A DNA stretch of 63,039 bases, filler included, from Octopus bimaculoides (GCF_001194135.2; 5 parts of 5 records of this genome joined end to end with filler, not necessarily neighbours in it); one strand, 5' to 3'; positions 10,844 to 25,402 are shown, counted from the whole stretch's first letter. Notes: generated from the sequence alone by a model not told the origin. Program-made: numbers and translations.

Positions 10844-13800
10844 TATATAATTACGGATCTGGATAGCATAACATTTTTGAAGTTGGAATGCTGTTCCAAA
10901 GAAATTTCTAAACATTTGTGAATTTGGGTTTGAAGAAGAAAATAACTAATATATTATTATATGTATCGTGTTAGTTAACCTGAATTTCTTTTTGCGGCTT
11001 TTAGGAGTGGTAGTGGTGGAGCGACTATACAAATAACATTGCTCTGAAACTACCTACTACTTACTCATCTGGTTGGCTAAGTCGTCTCTAGTTCTTAGAG
11101 AAGATTCTGGAAACACTATCTTACCTAATGTAGCATTCGTGAAATGTTTATCATATATTTCTTGGCAGTAAGCTATAGAGAAGCAAGCTTACATCACCCT
11201 GCCCCTAACCATTGAATGTTGGTTTTCAGGTATGTTCGCTACTTCTTTATCTTAATCCGTTCTCGTTTATGCACTATTCTCGTATATTCTTCTTCGGCGA
11301 TAACCAAACCTTGAATATATTTATATATACAACACTAGAATGTATGAACTACTGGAATTTACCACGTTGCCTTATTAGCATGGAAGCCCAGTTTTGAAAG
11401 AAACTTTAATTCGCTAATTTAAATTCTTCTGGTGTCTGTTACGAATTTTAACATTTTGTTATTGATTCTTTGATTTTATATGAATTTTTTAAATAGAAAT
11501 TTAATTTTGTTTTGTATCCTAATTCGTAAATATTTATATATGGATGAAATTATTATTCTAAGTGATAGCATGCTTTACGACAGAAATATCAGCTGTGATG
11601 TTAAAATATAGTTGTAAATCGAATCAAACATTACTGATGGTAACAAAATTTTGTGTCATTTATTAATCTGTTCAGTTTGGTATTATATAAATTTTACAAA
11701 TGTNNNNNNNNNNNNNNNNNNNNNNNNNNNNNNNNNNNNNNNNNNNNNNNNNNNNNNNNNNNNNNNNNNNNNNNNNNNGGAGAAAAGAGGTAATCGTATA
11801 TCTGGATAGGGCATCAGCTTTTCACATATAACTTTTTCACAGGTTCCGGAGTAAAGCGTGTTTAGTCATTTATCCGAACCGGACACACACCAAAGATGCC
11901 AAGTGCAGATTTGAACTCACATGATCTGGTAGTGCAAAACTATATCCACTCGTCGTCCATTTATCTATGATGAGTTCTAGTTTAGATCAAACAGGTATCA
12001 ATTCTATCTCTCGCCTTTCAGTGTCGATATAATAAGTACCAATAACTTTCTAGAGCCATAGATCAACTTTGTGCTAATATATTAAACTGAACATTAATAT
12101 CAGAAATGTTTTCTCTGCTGTAGTTGAAGAAGTAGTGGAGGTGTCTATATTTTTCTTAGACTCTTCAAATTTCAAACATTAGGATTAGTTTAGCAGCGAG
12201 ATATTAACAGGATTAAATTTCACTTTTTAAATCCATATAAGTTTGTTTTGTAATAACACACTTAAGAAGGAAAACAGCAGTTTGTTTAGTTCTCACGTTT
12301 TACTGTCAACTTTTGTTGTTGACGTTTCAGCTTTGGCAACAATATCTGCCATTGAAGTATTTTCTAAATTCAGTTACCTTTGCTCTTTTTAAACCACAGT
12401 GACCCCTTTCACGATATGGCATTTTATAAACGCTCCCTCCTCACGATTTAAAAAAAAAAGGGTAAACATTGCCCCCAAAACACACACATTTGCCCATACA
12501 CACAGTCCTACTTACACACCAAGACACACATACAAATACAAAATACACACACACACGCCCACAGACAAACATACACGTCCTTACATAAATTCATACAAAG
12601 AGACACGTACACACATACCATACATACATACATACATACATACATACATACCATATATACATACACATACATATATATTCGAATCAAACAAAAGCAAATT
12701 TCGTGCTGTAAATATATTACCCTATCTACCATATTCTTCCGTTTAGGTATTTGCATGAACTTGTGTCCCCTGTATTAAATTTTGATGCAAATTTCCAAAA
12801 AAGTCAAGGATTTATTAACGAAATTATATTGGATCTTAGCGCATCATTAATCATGTTTTCTACTCACCGGTAACACATTGTCTTACTCGTATTTAAATGC
12901 CGTGAAATATTTTTTTTTAAGGATATGTATCAAATATTTGCTTTCGCAGAAATATCATGAAGTCTCTAAACACACAGTACTTCTGCCTCCTAAAAATGTT
13001 CCACCCTTTTGTAAGTTTGTAAAATCCTTCAAGAGGATGCCATCGCTCAGGTTATAAACCCCAGGTGTAACTGAATCAGTTGGAGTATGCACCTGAAGAA
13101 TCCATGTTACAAAACGATTGGTCAGTTTTATAGACTAATTAACCACTTATGTATTGATAGTCCCAGGTCATAAGTTTATTGGTTTCATTAATATGCATAC
13201 GTGTGGCTGTTGTTTAGCTTTAAAACACAAGACTATCTCCAGGTAAAGTGATATCGCAATCCAGTTTCAATTCCCACTTGTACCTGATTTATTTCACTTA
13301 CCCCAAAACATACACATTCCCACATACACACCGTCCTACCTACACACCGCGCGCGCGCGCGCACATACATACATACATACATACATACACACACACACAT
13401 GTATATATATATATATATATATATATATNNNNNNNNNNNNNNNNNNNNNNNNNNNNNNNNNNNNNNNNNNNNNNNNNNNNNNNNNNNNNNNNNNNNNNNN
13501 NNNNNNNNNNNNNNNNNNNNNNNNNNNNNNNNNNNNNNNNNNNNNNNNNNNNNNNNNNNNNNNNNNNNNNNNNNNNNNNNNNNNNNNNNNNNNNNNNNNN
13601 NNNNNNNNNNNNNNNNNNNNNNNNNNNNNNNNNNNNNNNNNNNNNNNNNNNNNNNNNNNNNNNNNNNNNNNNNNNNNNNNNNNNNNNNNNNNNNNNNNNN
13701 NNNNNNNNNNNNNNNNNNNNNNNNNNNNNNNNNNNNNNNNNNNNNNNNNNNNNNNNNNNNNNNNNNNNNNNNNNNNNNNNNNNNNNNNNNNNNNNNNNNN

Positions 13801-14157
13801 NNNNNNNNNNNNNNNNNNNNNNNNNNNNNNNNNNNNNNNNNNNNNNNNNNNNNNNNNNNNNNNNNNNNNNNNNNNNNNNNNNNNNNNNNNNNNNNNNNNN
13901 NNNNNNNNNNNNNNNNNNNNNNNNNNNNNNNNNNNNNNNNNNNNNNNNNNNNNNNNNNNNNNNNNNNNNNNNNNNNNNNNNNNNNNNNNNNNNNNNNNNN
14001 NNNNNNNNNNNNNNNNNNNNNNNNNNNNNNNNNNNNNNNNNNNNNNNNNNNNNNNNNNNNNNNNNNNNNNNNNNNNNNNNNNNNNNNNNNNNNNNNNNNN
14101 NNNNNNNNNNNNNNNNNNNNNNNNNNNNNNNNNNNNNNNNNNNNNNNNNNNNNNNNN

Positions 14158-14358
14158 CCCCCAACACCACTTGACAACTTGAGCCAGTGTGTTTACGTCC
14201 CTGTAAATTAGCGGTTCGGCCAAGAGACCGATAGAATAAGTGCTAGGCTTAAAAAATGTTCTGGAATCGATCTGTTCGACTAAAGCCCTTCAAGGCGGTG
14301 CCCCAGCATGGTTGCAGTCAAAATGACTGAAACAAGTAAAATGTAAAAAGATAAAAGA
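14158..14358 (+). mobile_element. SINE family B, 3' half
   Basis: TGTTTACGTCCC.GTAA.TTAGCGGTTCGGCAA..GAGACCGATAGAATAAG...GGCGGTGCCCCAGCATGG...ATGACTGAAACAAGTAAAA. Confidence 0.85.
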
Positions 14359-15021
14359 TATGTCGATGATTTTTTTTTATATATTGTCTGAACGTAGTTT
14401 TATTTTCGTTTATATTTGAAGGACTCGTACAGTAATTTTATTTTTTATTTTTGACTTTGACATGAAATGTTAAAACTAAAATATGTAGTATATTCAATGT
14501 ACACTCACGGTGAAAGAATATATAATGCGTATAGGGCGGGAAATGTATGTATAAAATGATGATATCTTGATTAAGACTCTAGAATATATGAACTAATGGA
14601 AGTAACTCAACATGTTGGCAATTAGGAACGGGCTTGCTTAGTGTGTTTAAGAAAATTTTCATCAGATGATTTGCATTCTTCTGACGTCAGTTATAAATTT
14701 TTACATTCCTAATTAATTCTTTGATCTTACATGGACTTATAGAATTTCACTATCATTTAATATCTTTCTCAGTTATTAATAGATGAAATTATTCTTGTTC
14801 GTGTTAACTACGTTTGGCAACAGACGATAATGACAGTTGAAAATCGAATCAGGAATTGCTGAAAACGACAAAAAGTCGAACCATTCATCTGTTACGTTAA
14901 ATCACGTAACATAATTTTCATAAGAACTTTTATGTGTACTTTTTCTAAATTTTATTAAGAGGAGTTTATGTAATTTTAGTCAATATCAGTAACGCCAAGC
15001 TAAATATATTATAGAATCTTG

Positions 15022-15393
15022 CTCTGGGGTGACTGTGTGGTAAGTAGCTTGCTTACCAACCACATGGTTCCGGGTTCAGTCCCACTGTGGTGGCACCTTG
15101 GGCAAGTATCTTCTACTACAACCTCGGACCAACCAAAGCCTTGTGAGTGGATTTGNNNNNNNNNNTATATATATATATATATGTTTGTGTGTCTGTGTTT
15201 GTCCCCCCAACATCGCTTGACAACCGATGCTGGTGTGTTTACGTCCCCGTAACTTCGCGTTTCGGTAAAAAGAGACCGATAGAATAAGTACTAGGCTTAC
15301 AAAGAATAAGTCCTGGGGTCGATTTTCTCGACTAAAGGCGGTGCTCCAGCATGGCCGCAGTCAAATGACTGAAACAAGTAAAAGAGTAAAAGA
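15022..15393 (+). mobile_element. SINE family B, near full length (tRNA head, CORE-like CACCTTGGGCAAGT block, LINE-like tail)
   Basis: GACTGTGTGGTAAGTAGC head, GGTTCAGTCCCAC B-box-like motif, internal (TA)n, tail ending AGTAAAAGAGTAAAAGA. Confidence 0.9.
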
Positions 15394-16734
15394 GAGAGTG
15401 CTTGTAAAAAAAGTTATCCTACCTTGACAATCAGAATCCATTGACCAGTGCTAAAACTTCATTGGTTGAGAGTCAAATGTCAAACCATTGCAAACTATTT
15501 TGCTAGAAATGTTGATATTGTTCGAGGAGTAAATTAGCTTATTTAGAGACATGTTGTAAATTTGAACTAATAGAGTGTGATCTTGTTGCACAAAACTATA
15601 TTGTATCATCCAGTTCAACTCCACCATCTTTTTAAGGCCTTAGTATAAGTTTCGCTGCAGTCAATTTTATTACAATTCCGGATGGATTAAACAAATACAA
15701 ATAATGTCTTGTAATCAATACTATGGCTTATATACTTCTATCAACAAAAATAGAAAAAATATCAAAACTTTTGGTCGAACGTATATGAATTTTTGTGGAT
15801 CCGTGAGTCAATCGCACACTTAAAAAAGGAAAACAGTTGACTTATTTTCAGGTCACACAGTAAACATCTGATCGTTAAGTCGCTGAGAGAACCATTTGGT
15901 GGTCACTCGACTTGCAAGAAACAGTTGCGAAAATCTTTCTCAAATAATTCCCTATCATTTTTAAAAAATGGAAGTACATATTGGACAACGATATACAATC
16001 TAAAAAGCAAAATACTGGAATGTCATGCTTTTAATCATAGATCCGTTTGTTCAAAGTTGACCAGAGTATAAACAGCATTTACGCTGACTATTTTAGCTTT
16101 GGTTATAGCCAATTATTGTCTTTAGCTATTTTCTAATTGATCCAGTTGTGCTATTTGGTATAACACTCCATGACATAAGCACTTGATCAGTTGATCAAGA
16201 CGAATTACTCCCTTAATGTTTTGACAGTCTGAGATCATTAGTTAATTAATATTGATTAATATTCAAAAGAATGACTAATGTTTCGCACTGAAGAGCAAAA
16301 ATTAACTCCAGGTAAATTCGGTTCACAACCCACTTTCAATTCCCAGTCTTTCTACTTCATTCCACCCACATCGCTAATGCTTTTGCCAAAGTAATGAACC
16401 TTACAACTTACCATTTTTTCCCCTCTCCCTACAGTGTTTGAGCCTATTAAAAAATAACACTCAAATAGATGACTATATTAGGAATCATATTTACCCAAGA
16501 ATCGTTAAATAAAGATCAAGAAACGTGATGTGATTAACACAGAAACTAATGAGCTGAGATTGTTTATGCTATTGATTTCTGTGTTTGCGTTTCTTCCTTA
16601 AAATTCTCTTTCGTAAAGTAATATATGTATTCAATTTAAACAATCGATTCTCTTATAGAAGTGTTTCGTTCAGATAAAGCATGGAGACAAATTCATTTCA
16701 AGAAAACATTTTAGTAACCTTATAATGTATGCGT

Positions 16735-17010
16735 GAAGGTGCATGGACTAGTGGTTAAGGTGTTGCACTCACAATCACAAGAACGTGGTATCGATTCCCA
16801 AACTGGCGGTGTGTTGCGTTCTTGAGAAAAACACTTCGTTTCATTTTGCACCAGTCCACTCAGCTGTAAATGGGTAACCCAACGACAGACTGGTCTTCCT
16901 TTCAGCTTGCCTAGCCGGTGTGTGTGTGTGGGGGGGCATTCGAGTGATACAACAATACGAGGAAGTGCATTGTGACAAGCGGTGTATAACAACATCCGAT
17001 AGTCTAGTCG
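16735..17010 (+). mobile_element. tRNA-headed SINE, family C
   Basis: A-box-like TGGACTAGTGGTTAAG and B-box-like GGTATCGATTCCC, then TTGCGTTCTTGAGAAAAACACT and CCAGTCCACTCAGCTG, shared with the minus copy at 25403-25739. Confidence 0.7.
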
Positions 17011-17887
17011 ATACAGTGGTAGTCTGTGCACGAACCTTTTCTTTTCATATTTTACTCAGTGAATTTATAGATGAAATCATTGTTGATAGTGTCACCGTAT
17101 TTGAGGTTACATGATAATGACAGTGAGTCAGAAATTGCTGGGGACATACAAAAATTTGAGCCACTCAATTTATTACATTCAGTTATAATATATTAGGATG
17201 TTAATTGAACCCAGCATGGTCGTAATTCAACGAAGGAAACAAATAAAAAGATTAAAGATTAAAAAATGACAACACCTTGTTTTAATTTTTGATTATTTCT
17301 TTCTATCACAATCCTTTTATTTTGTATAATTCATTCATATTGTTAGCATTAAAGTTACTTCAGTTAATGTAGTAATTTCAATCATAATCGACAATCAGCT
17401 TAATTAAATCTGATTTTAATGTATAAAAGTAACTGTACGTACATACGGCATATGTATGTATGTATGCATGTATGTATGTATGAATGTATGTATGTATGTA
17501 TGTATGTTCCAATTTGTAAGCTATAGGTTTACGACAAGGTAGCCGAAATATAGCAGAAGGGTATGTTTTTAGAAAGGGAGTTATAGGGTTGCGAGATTTA
17601 GGTTCTATTCGTTTAATATTTTTGTGCACTTTATAGACATTCAGAAACCTTATTCCAAGTATTTCAAAACCAATGTAAAATGTCGTCAAATATCTTTCAT
17701 AAATATTTCAGAAGAACAAATCGCACCGTGATCAACTTTGCATTTTAGTCATGTCCATAAAACATGTATAAGTCATGTCTTTATCTCCCACCAAATTTTT
17801 AATCTTCTGCCAATATTAGAAATCGTCATAAATATTACGGTTCTACAATATGAACTACATTGCTAGCATGCTTAACGATATATAAAG

Positions 17888-18082
17888 CAGTGAGCTGGCA
17901 GAATCGTTAGCACGTCGGGCAAAATGCTTAGCAACATTTCCCATCATTATGTTCCGAATTCAAATACCATCGGGATCGGCTTTGCCTTTCATCCTTTCGG
18001 GGTCGATTGAACACTGGAGGTCGATGTAATCGACTTACCCCCTCCCCCAAAATTGCCGACCTTGTACCAAAATTTGAAACCG
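17888..18082 (+). mobile_element. SINE family A
   Basis: GAGCTGGCAGAATCGTTAGCAC head through CCTTGTACCAAAATTTGAAAC tail. Confidence 0.85.
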
Positions 18083-18689
18083 ATATGCTTAATGATATAT
18101 CAACGAAAGATTAGTTAGGCTTGTAAAAATTCATAAGTGACGTCAGAACTTTTACTTATGACAGTTTTTAAATGATAAAATATTTATGATAACAGATGTT
18201 CGACTGTAAATTACATCTTGCTTCTTAATTCTTTTAAAATAAGGTTTCGAATTCTACCTTGAAAATTTAACCCTGCTGACCGCCACTCGTAATCAATATC
18301 CAAGTATTGATTTCTTCTCTTCTGATACGAGGTCATAAATATGGACTCAAGTATATGATTGGTGCTTATTATATAGATCCCAAAGGGGTGAAAAAAAAAG
18401 TTTATTTTGTTTTGTATTATTCCTCTGAGATCGATAAAATAATTATCGGAAAAGTATAGACGTTGATTCAATTGATTGTGCTCTTTTCCTACAAATTTTG
18501 TGACCTACTTAGAAATATATACATAATATACATCTAAATAATATTCTAAAACTAGTCTTAGCATGTTTTAATATTTAATTAAAACATGCTGGATAACTGT
18601 ATACATGAAACTTAATTAAGTTGATTTCCAACGCATTTCTATTCAATACTATTCATGTGTTTTAAACGACTTAATCAACATAGGAAACA

Positions 18690-19200
18690 CTGCATCTCAA
18701 AGGCTGAATTTTATCTTCAGGGCCTGAAAATATTTTAACCCCAACATCTACTTACCCGCAATGAAACTCAGGTGAGACCTATAATGTTTCTACATCTGGG
18801 ACAATGGTACAGATACACACAAAGACCTGATAGGCCACATCCAAACAAAATTCACTAAAACGATTTCATGAAGCTGCTCACAAACTTAGTCTAACTTCTG
18901 TCCTAGAAACATACCGTCTCCTCTCTTAGTCTTTTCTATCACTCCAATAGTGGTCTCTCTTTCTTGGAGCTGACTGGTCGCATGCCACCAGACATTCCTA
19001 TCTCACTACCCTTTCCTTCTCTTGATACCCACATTGTGTCCAACTCTCCTTGGTCCTGCTCTAATTACGACGCCCCATCCTTCCAAGAACAAAAAAAAAA
19101 AAACGCCAGCCCTCCGGAATCCTCTGCCTGAAAATGCTTTTCCTACAAATATCCTCATGCAACAGTTTAAACGGAACGTTAGAAGTATCAGTTCCATCGG
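18690..19200 (+). mobile_element. degenerate CR1/L2/Jockey-group LINE ORF2 C-terminal remnant
   Basis: Fragments read ..QVRPIM..HIW.., ..LELTGRMPP.., HCVQL, and RNPLPENAFPTNILMQQFKRNV (cf. WNSLP..VFP..YNL..FK..V). Confidence 0.6.
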
Positions 19201-19619
19201 TCTTGGCAGATCTGCAAACTTCATAAACGCCACCACTCTGCTTCCAACCCAAGCTGAGAGAAAAACGAGTTTTAAATTTTGGCCAGCAATTTTAGGAGAG
19301 GGCCTGAGTGGATTATTATACCAACCCCAGAGCTCCCGAAAGAAAAAAAAATACATGGGAGAGATGAAAACAAAGTCAACTTCAGCAGTATTTGAACTCA
19401 GATCGTAAATCCAGAAGTAATACCGCGAAGCATTTTGGAGCGGTGTGTTAACGATTCTGCCAGCTGGAAGCTTTGAGCTGCTGGTGAAATAATAACAATG
19501 ATAATCCTTTCAAAATATTGTTATGAAATGCTGTATGAGCATAAATATCCATTTTTATTAAGGGATTTTACTTAAAATTTCGGAATAACTTTCAAGAGCT
19601 ACGTGCTATGCTATTCTTT

Positions 19620-19830
19620 ATTCTTTTCTTTTATTCTTTTACTTGTTTCAGTCATTTGGCTGCGGCTATGCTGGAGCACCGTCTTTAGTCGAACAAATCG
19701 ACCCCAGGACTTATTCGTTGTAAGCCTAGTACTTATTCTATCGGTCTCTTTTGCCGAACTGCTAAGTTACAGGGACGTAAACACACCAACATCGGTTGTC
19801 AAGTGATAGTGGAGTGGACAAACACAAACA
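19620..19830 (-). mobile_element. SINE family B, 3' half
   Basis: Reverse complement of the family B tail (TTTTACTTGTTTCAGTCATTTG.CTGCGGC.ATGCTGGAGCACCG). Confidence 0.85.
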
Positions 19831-22800
19831 CACACACATACATTAAAAAAAAACAGTAAGAAAAGAACGAAACTATTTTATTCTTTTTTTTTTTTTACTG
19901 CTTCTCTTAATATAACCTATAGCATGCACCTCTTGAAACTTATTCCGAAACAAGTAAAGATGTTTATATCTAGAAACTTAATCTGCAATTTTTAATTCAC
20001 AACTATTCATCTTAATTTAAATGAAGCTCCTCACTCCATCAACGTCTATAGAAATTATGTGTGGCTACGAGACGATAGATACAAACGAAAGGCATCCTTA
20101 AGGAAAGCACATTATTACATGTGTTATACCCATTTGAAATTATTTATCACTTATTTTTTTTCCTGTACACGATTACATGGAAATATACTTTCGCCTACTG
20201 AAGCAACAAAAGCTATTAACTCACCCACAACATATCTGTTTTACTTTGTCGTGTGTCTTAAACGTAATTGAATTTTTGCTACCCTTACCCCCGTATTTGA
20301 CAGAGACGTGAATCTTAATGTAGTCAACCTATTCAATCATGAGTCACATCATATTTGATTACAATGATGTTGTTAAATTATTATCTATGCATCAGTGCAT
20401 CATTCACTTCCATTGCCATTTCACAAACTTTTTTCTATTTCTCTCTCCTTCCCCTCTTTCTCTACGACCCAACATTCTCTTTGGTTTCGTGTTTCTTTTT
20501 TAATTTTTTTCTTTCACAAAACATTTTTTTTCATTTGTAAATAATTTTCTCCTCTCACATTTGTTTGAAGACTTGGTTTTATTTTTGCAAAATATAACAA
20601 ATTATTGATTTTTCAATTTTGAAGTTAATTTCAGCTTTCTCGGTGATTATTAGATTTACTGGTAAACCAAAAACGATAGTTTAGTTTATGACTATGCGTT
20701 CATTGCCAAACATTTCCCAATTTTTTTAACATCACTCTAGAAATTCCTTTGTGTTGCATGTAATAATTTTTGTTGAATATCATCATTGCTAAATGCTTCT
20801 ATAAATGTTGGTATTTCGTATAAAATGTTCAAGCTAATATAGGAATTTAAAAAAATGATTTTATCTTTAAGATCTCCCATTAGTAAATAGTCAACCGTGT
20901 ACAAATGCTACACTTTTTACCATTGCTATTTTATCGTCAGCTATGTTCGATAATTCTGCTTTTCATATCTGTGGCGTATGTTATTGTACTTCATTTAACT
21001 GTGTCATACGCCTCAAGGACTCTCTTTTATCACAGGTGGAAATAGGATTACTATTAAGATGGTCAACCAACTGCAAATGAAGTAAGCTATTTAATCAACA
21101 ATACAAGGGTACTAATTTAGAATATTATTCGACCGTCTTTCACAATATCCATACCTTTCTTTAGTTTTGAATTGCTTACTCGTCAAGTTCTGAGTAAACA
21201 GTAACTCTTGCCATTCTTTGTATATATTTTGCATTGAATAAATTTCTCAATCCGAATGAAGTTTAGAGTATAAGCATTGATATATTTATTAGCGACAGAG
21301 GCAATAGTAATATCGAGAGGTAATATCTATCCACACTTAACCATGGATGTTCTGTTAGAAAAAACTATTTTGCGGTAGTTAGTCTCTCATAAACTCTTGT
21401 AAACTCTCATAATGGTTTTTGATGCAAAATACACTCGTTTGCATTGATATCGTATTATTGCCAGCAAGAGAGCAATGTATAAAAGAATTGGGAACTGTGG
21501 TGGACAGTATCTTGCAGGATTTAATTACGTGCCTTTAGATTTACCCCCCACCCTACCCCCACTCCACCGCTTATTTCGAGTTCGGAAAATAAGTAACAGC
21601 GCAGTAGTTGATTTAATCAACTATATCTTTGCGCAAAACATGTGGTTTTGTACCTTTGTTAGAAATCCGTATTTTTAGAGAAAGTATCAGTAACAAGCGA
21701 ATCATCGTCCTGATAAAAATAGGTTCAGGAAGTTACTCTTGAGTCTTTGAGTTTATTCCACTGAAATAAATTGTTAGCGTCCACGTCTATTTCGAATTTT
21801 TGAATACTGAACACAACAATAAATAATTAGTATAATTAGTATAATTTATGTTCAGTTTGAATTCGTGCATGTTGTTTTGAGAAATTCGTGGGTATAGAAA
21901 AATTTCCAGGATATATTTCTAGAGATTAAGGATTGGATAAAATGTTTACTCTGATGTTCAGGAACGGCGAGAAATAAGATATGCCATTGAGTAGGTTTAG
22001 TTAGGCGTAGCATTCAATTAGTACATCAAACGTACTGATTCAATACCAGGTTCAGCAGAAGGAACTCAGAGGTGAACATAGATGAACGGTGATTCAATGA
22101 AAAAAATAAACTTGTCTTTCAGTAAACATTCTAAATACAGTTTACAATATTCATTTGTGACGTGTGCTGTTTTGTAGTGTTGAACATATTTGTGCTTTTG
22201 CCTAGATTTAGAAACTGTTCATGGCGGAAGTAATCTCTAGTCCTGAAATGCAATGCGGTATTTATATTACTATGATGACTATGATGTAGACTTAGGCAAT
22301 GATGATGTGTAAGGCATGTAAAACATGTGGTTGCGATGAAGTTTTTGTAGAAGCTAGCATTCGAAGGGAACAAGTGAACGTGACTTTTCTTTCTTTGAGA
22401 TACTTTTCTTTCCTTGAGATGTGTTTTGTTTGTATTTTGGAATTTTGGGATGAAACTTAGTTGCCTAGTTTCTTATTGAAGGGTATTTTAAAGAATTTTA
22501 TTTATGGGGTGGTGGCGGAACGATGTGCGTCAGGCAGGAGGTGATGAAGTATTTAGTCGGAGAGAGAGAAAAGTTAATGCCTTTGACCTTTTCAGATCCT
22601 ACGAAACTGTTGGTGGCGGGGAGAACCCATGAAACAAAGCTAGCTTTAGTAGGGTGCAGCACATCAATATATTTAGGATTCTATTCTTAGAGTGTTGATA
22701 TGATTTGAGCGGTTATAACAGAGTGAACTCTCTACTAAAAGGATCTAATAGCTATGTGGTGGAAGTGTCAAGCAGTATGACGGCTAAGTTCGTGAGTTAA

Positions 22801-22904
22801 CGATTGTATCCGTCGTTGGTGGAATCAATTGTGTATAGAAGATAAAAGGTGTATTCTGAGAAAGAAATTATATCTTTAATATGAGTTTCTAATTCAGGCA
22901 AAGG

Positions 22905-23260
22905 ATCAATTATTTTAAGAGGAGGGAGTTATCTGATACCAGTGATTCCTTTACTTGACTGGTACATTATTTTATTAAACTCGGAGATATGAAAGGCAAA
23001 GTATACTTCGGCGGAATTTGGACTCAGAACGTATTGAAACGAAAGAAAACCTGCTCGGCATTTTTCTAACAACTCTGCCAGTTCATCATCTTAAAACAGT
23101 TCCTAATTTAGGCACAAGGCCAGCAATTTTAGACGAGAAGGTTTTAGTCTATTAAATCGACTCCAGTTGTTGTACTTTATTTCATCAACCGCGAGGGTGG
23201 AGGATGAAACACAGAGCGTAAAGAGGCGGAACAAATTCAGCAACGCACCACCTTTTATCA
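22905..23260 (-). mobile_element. SINE family A, two degenerate units
   Basis: ATGAAAGGCAAAGT..ACTTCGGCGGAATTTG.ACTCAGAACG and TTTAGGCACAAGGCCAGCAATTTT blocks. Confidence 0.65.
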
Positions 23261-23278
23261 TTAATATTTTTTATACTA

Positions 23279-23490
23279 AAGGCGGCGAGCTGACAGAAAC
23301 GTTAGCACGCCAGGCGAAATGCTTAGCGGTATTTCGTCTGTCTTTACATTCTGAGTTCAAATTCTGCCGAGGTCGACTTTGCCTTTTATCCTTTCGGGGT
23401 CGATAAATTAAGTACCAGTTGCATACTAGGGTCGATCTAATCGACTGACCCCCTTCCCCAAAAATGTCGGGCCTTGTACCTAGAGTAGAA
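23279..23490 (+). mobile_element. SINE family A
   Basis: Close to consensus: AAGGCGGCGAGCTGACAGAAACGTTAGCAC...GGGCCTTGTACCTAGAGTAGAA. Confidence 0.9.
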
Positions 23491-23815
23491 GTGTGGATAG
23501 GGATCTTTCTGATTTGGCGGACACCATTTGTTTTCTAACGAAACACTTTCAAACTTGGGATACTTGTAGAATGTGTCATATAAAACATCTTTTTCTCTTA
23601 GCCTTGTTAAGAAAAGTTTCTATATTCCAAGTTATTTCATGTTGAAAGTTGTCGTATTTCGGTAATTTCAACCAATCACTGACGTCTATTGTGGTGAAAA
23701 CAATTACTGCTCTGGTTTGTCAACAACACGTTATGGCGGTGTAATGGGATCTTTTCCCTTGAATAAAATTACTGCCGTTGTTTGAAAAGTAGAAAAGAAT
23801 ATTCTTTCTACTATT

Positions 23816-24010
23816 AAGGCGGTGAGCTGGCAGAATCTTTAGCACACCGGACGAAATGCTTAGCGGCATTTCGTCTGTCTTCACCTTCTGAGTTCAAATT
23901 CCACCGAGTTCGACTTTGCCTTTCATCTTTTAGGAGTCGATAAAATAAGTATCAGTTCAGTACTGGGGTCGATATAATTGACTTAGCCCCTCCCCGAAAT
24001 CGTGGGCCTT
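23816..24010 (+). mobile_element. SINE family A
   Basis: AAGGCGGTGAGCTGGCAGAATC head through GGCCTTG tail. Confidence 0.88.
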
Positions 24011-24947
24011 GACATACATATAGATGTATTTGGGCTAACCGAATTTTACCCAACGGAAATAAAATATATGTTATTTATATTTATAGTTTTACGTTCACAC
24101 ACAATCTAATATTAATAGAATTCATAAAGTAGTAGTTATCTATATCGGTATGGAGTTTTTCTATAATATCATACTTTAGATACAAAAATCTAATCTTTTT
24201 GTTGGAGAATAGTTTCTTCAAGTCTCTCACAGTACAATTCGAACAATGAATATTAAACTTCGAAATTCTTTTGTGATTGAACAAAAATATGTTCAATTGT
24301 TGTGAAGTTGCAAATCAGCACTGATCGAGAAGACATGATCAAAAACATTCCAGCTGGGAATATACAGCCTGTTTTTTCTTTCTTTTCTTTTTTTTTTATC
24401 TCAGACTTGGGTATATATAGGACTCCATCATTCACTGTCGCCTCCATGTCTATGCCTATGCGCAACTTCACAGACATCTAATACAATTAGTGAAAGCATA
24501 GTACATGCTAGCAAGACATTCTCGATTCTGAATGATGGCCGCTAATGTATATAATTCGACCCCTGTACTTATTTTTAGATCTGATCCTTTTTTTACTGTC
24601 GGTCACTTTTNNNNNNNNNNNNNNNNNNNNNNNNNNNNNNNNNNNNNNNNNNNNNNNNNNNNNNNNNNNNNNNNNNNNNNNNNNNNNNNNNNNNNNNNNN
24701 NNNNNNNNNNNNNNNNNNNNNNNNNNNNNNNNNNNNNNNNNNNNNNNNNNNNNNNNNNNNNNNNNNNNNNNNNNNNNNNNNNNNNNNNNNNNNNNNNNNN
24801 NNNNNNNNNNNNNNNNNNNNNNNNNNNNNNNNNNNNNNNNNNNNNNNNNNNNNNNNNNNNNNNNNNNNNNNNNNNNNNNNNNNNNNNNNNNNNNNNNNNN
24901 NNNNNNNNNNNNNNNNNNNNNNNNNNNNNNNNNNNNNNNNNNNNNNN

Positions 24948-24978
<31 letters not shown>

Positions 24979-25009
24979 TATATACGACGCGCATCCAAAC
25001 TATTTCCGT

Positions 25010-25142
25010 CAACTAAATTCACTCACAAAGTATTGGTCGGCTCGAGGCTGTAATAGAAAACACTTGCCCGAGGTGCTGCACAGTAGAACTGAACCCGAAA
25101 CTACATGATCGCAAAGCGAACTTCTTAACGACACAGCCATTC
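25010..25142 (-). mobile_element. SINE family B, 5' part
   Basis: ACACTTGCCCGAGGTGC.GC.CAGT..AACTGAACCCG...CTT.ACGACACAGCC is the reverse complement of the head. Confidence 0.8.
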
Positions 25143-25402
25143 CTCCACTTATATAGAGGTGTGATGGTGGGGCGTTAATTAAGAAAGAACTGGGTTATCT
25201 CCATTACCTATTTGTTCTACAGGACTATAGGTTAGAGAATATAAGCGTTAAATGTGGTTTATATGGTGCATGTGAGCCCAGTCCTTGGATCAGTCATTCC
25301 GTGTATACTCTGATACATATCCACCACGAGTTACAGAATAACTCATGAATTTAATTAAGGCGCCGGTGTCGTATTATATATGTATCATATACATAAGTGT
25401 TA

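Noticed and set aside
13233-14223. Long ORFs of 270-314 aa here and at other gaps (e.g. 24508-25108, 35002-35819, 56621-57829)
   Set aside because: They are long only because N runs contain no stops.
18560-18590. Perfect 13-bp hairpin
   Set aside because: Short and AT-rich, with no supporting context.
22500-22860. Possible RNase H-like LINE remnant on the minus strand
   Set aside because: Only one loose motif; not enough to call.
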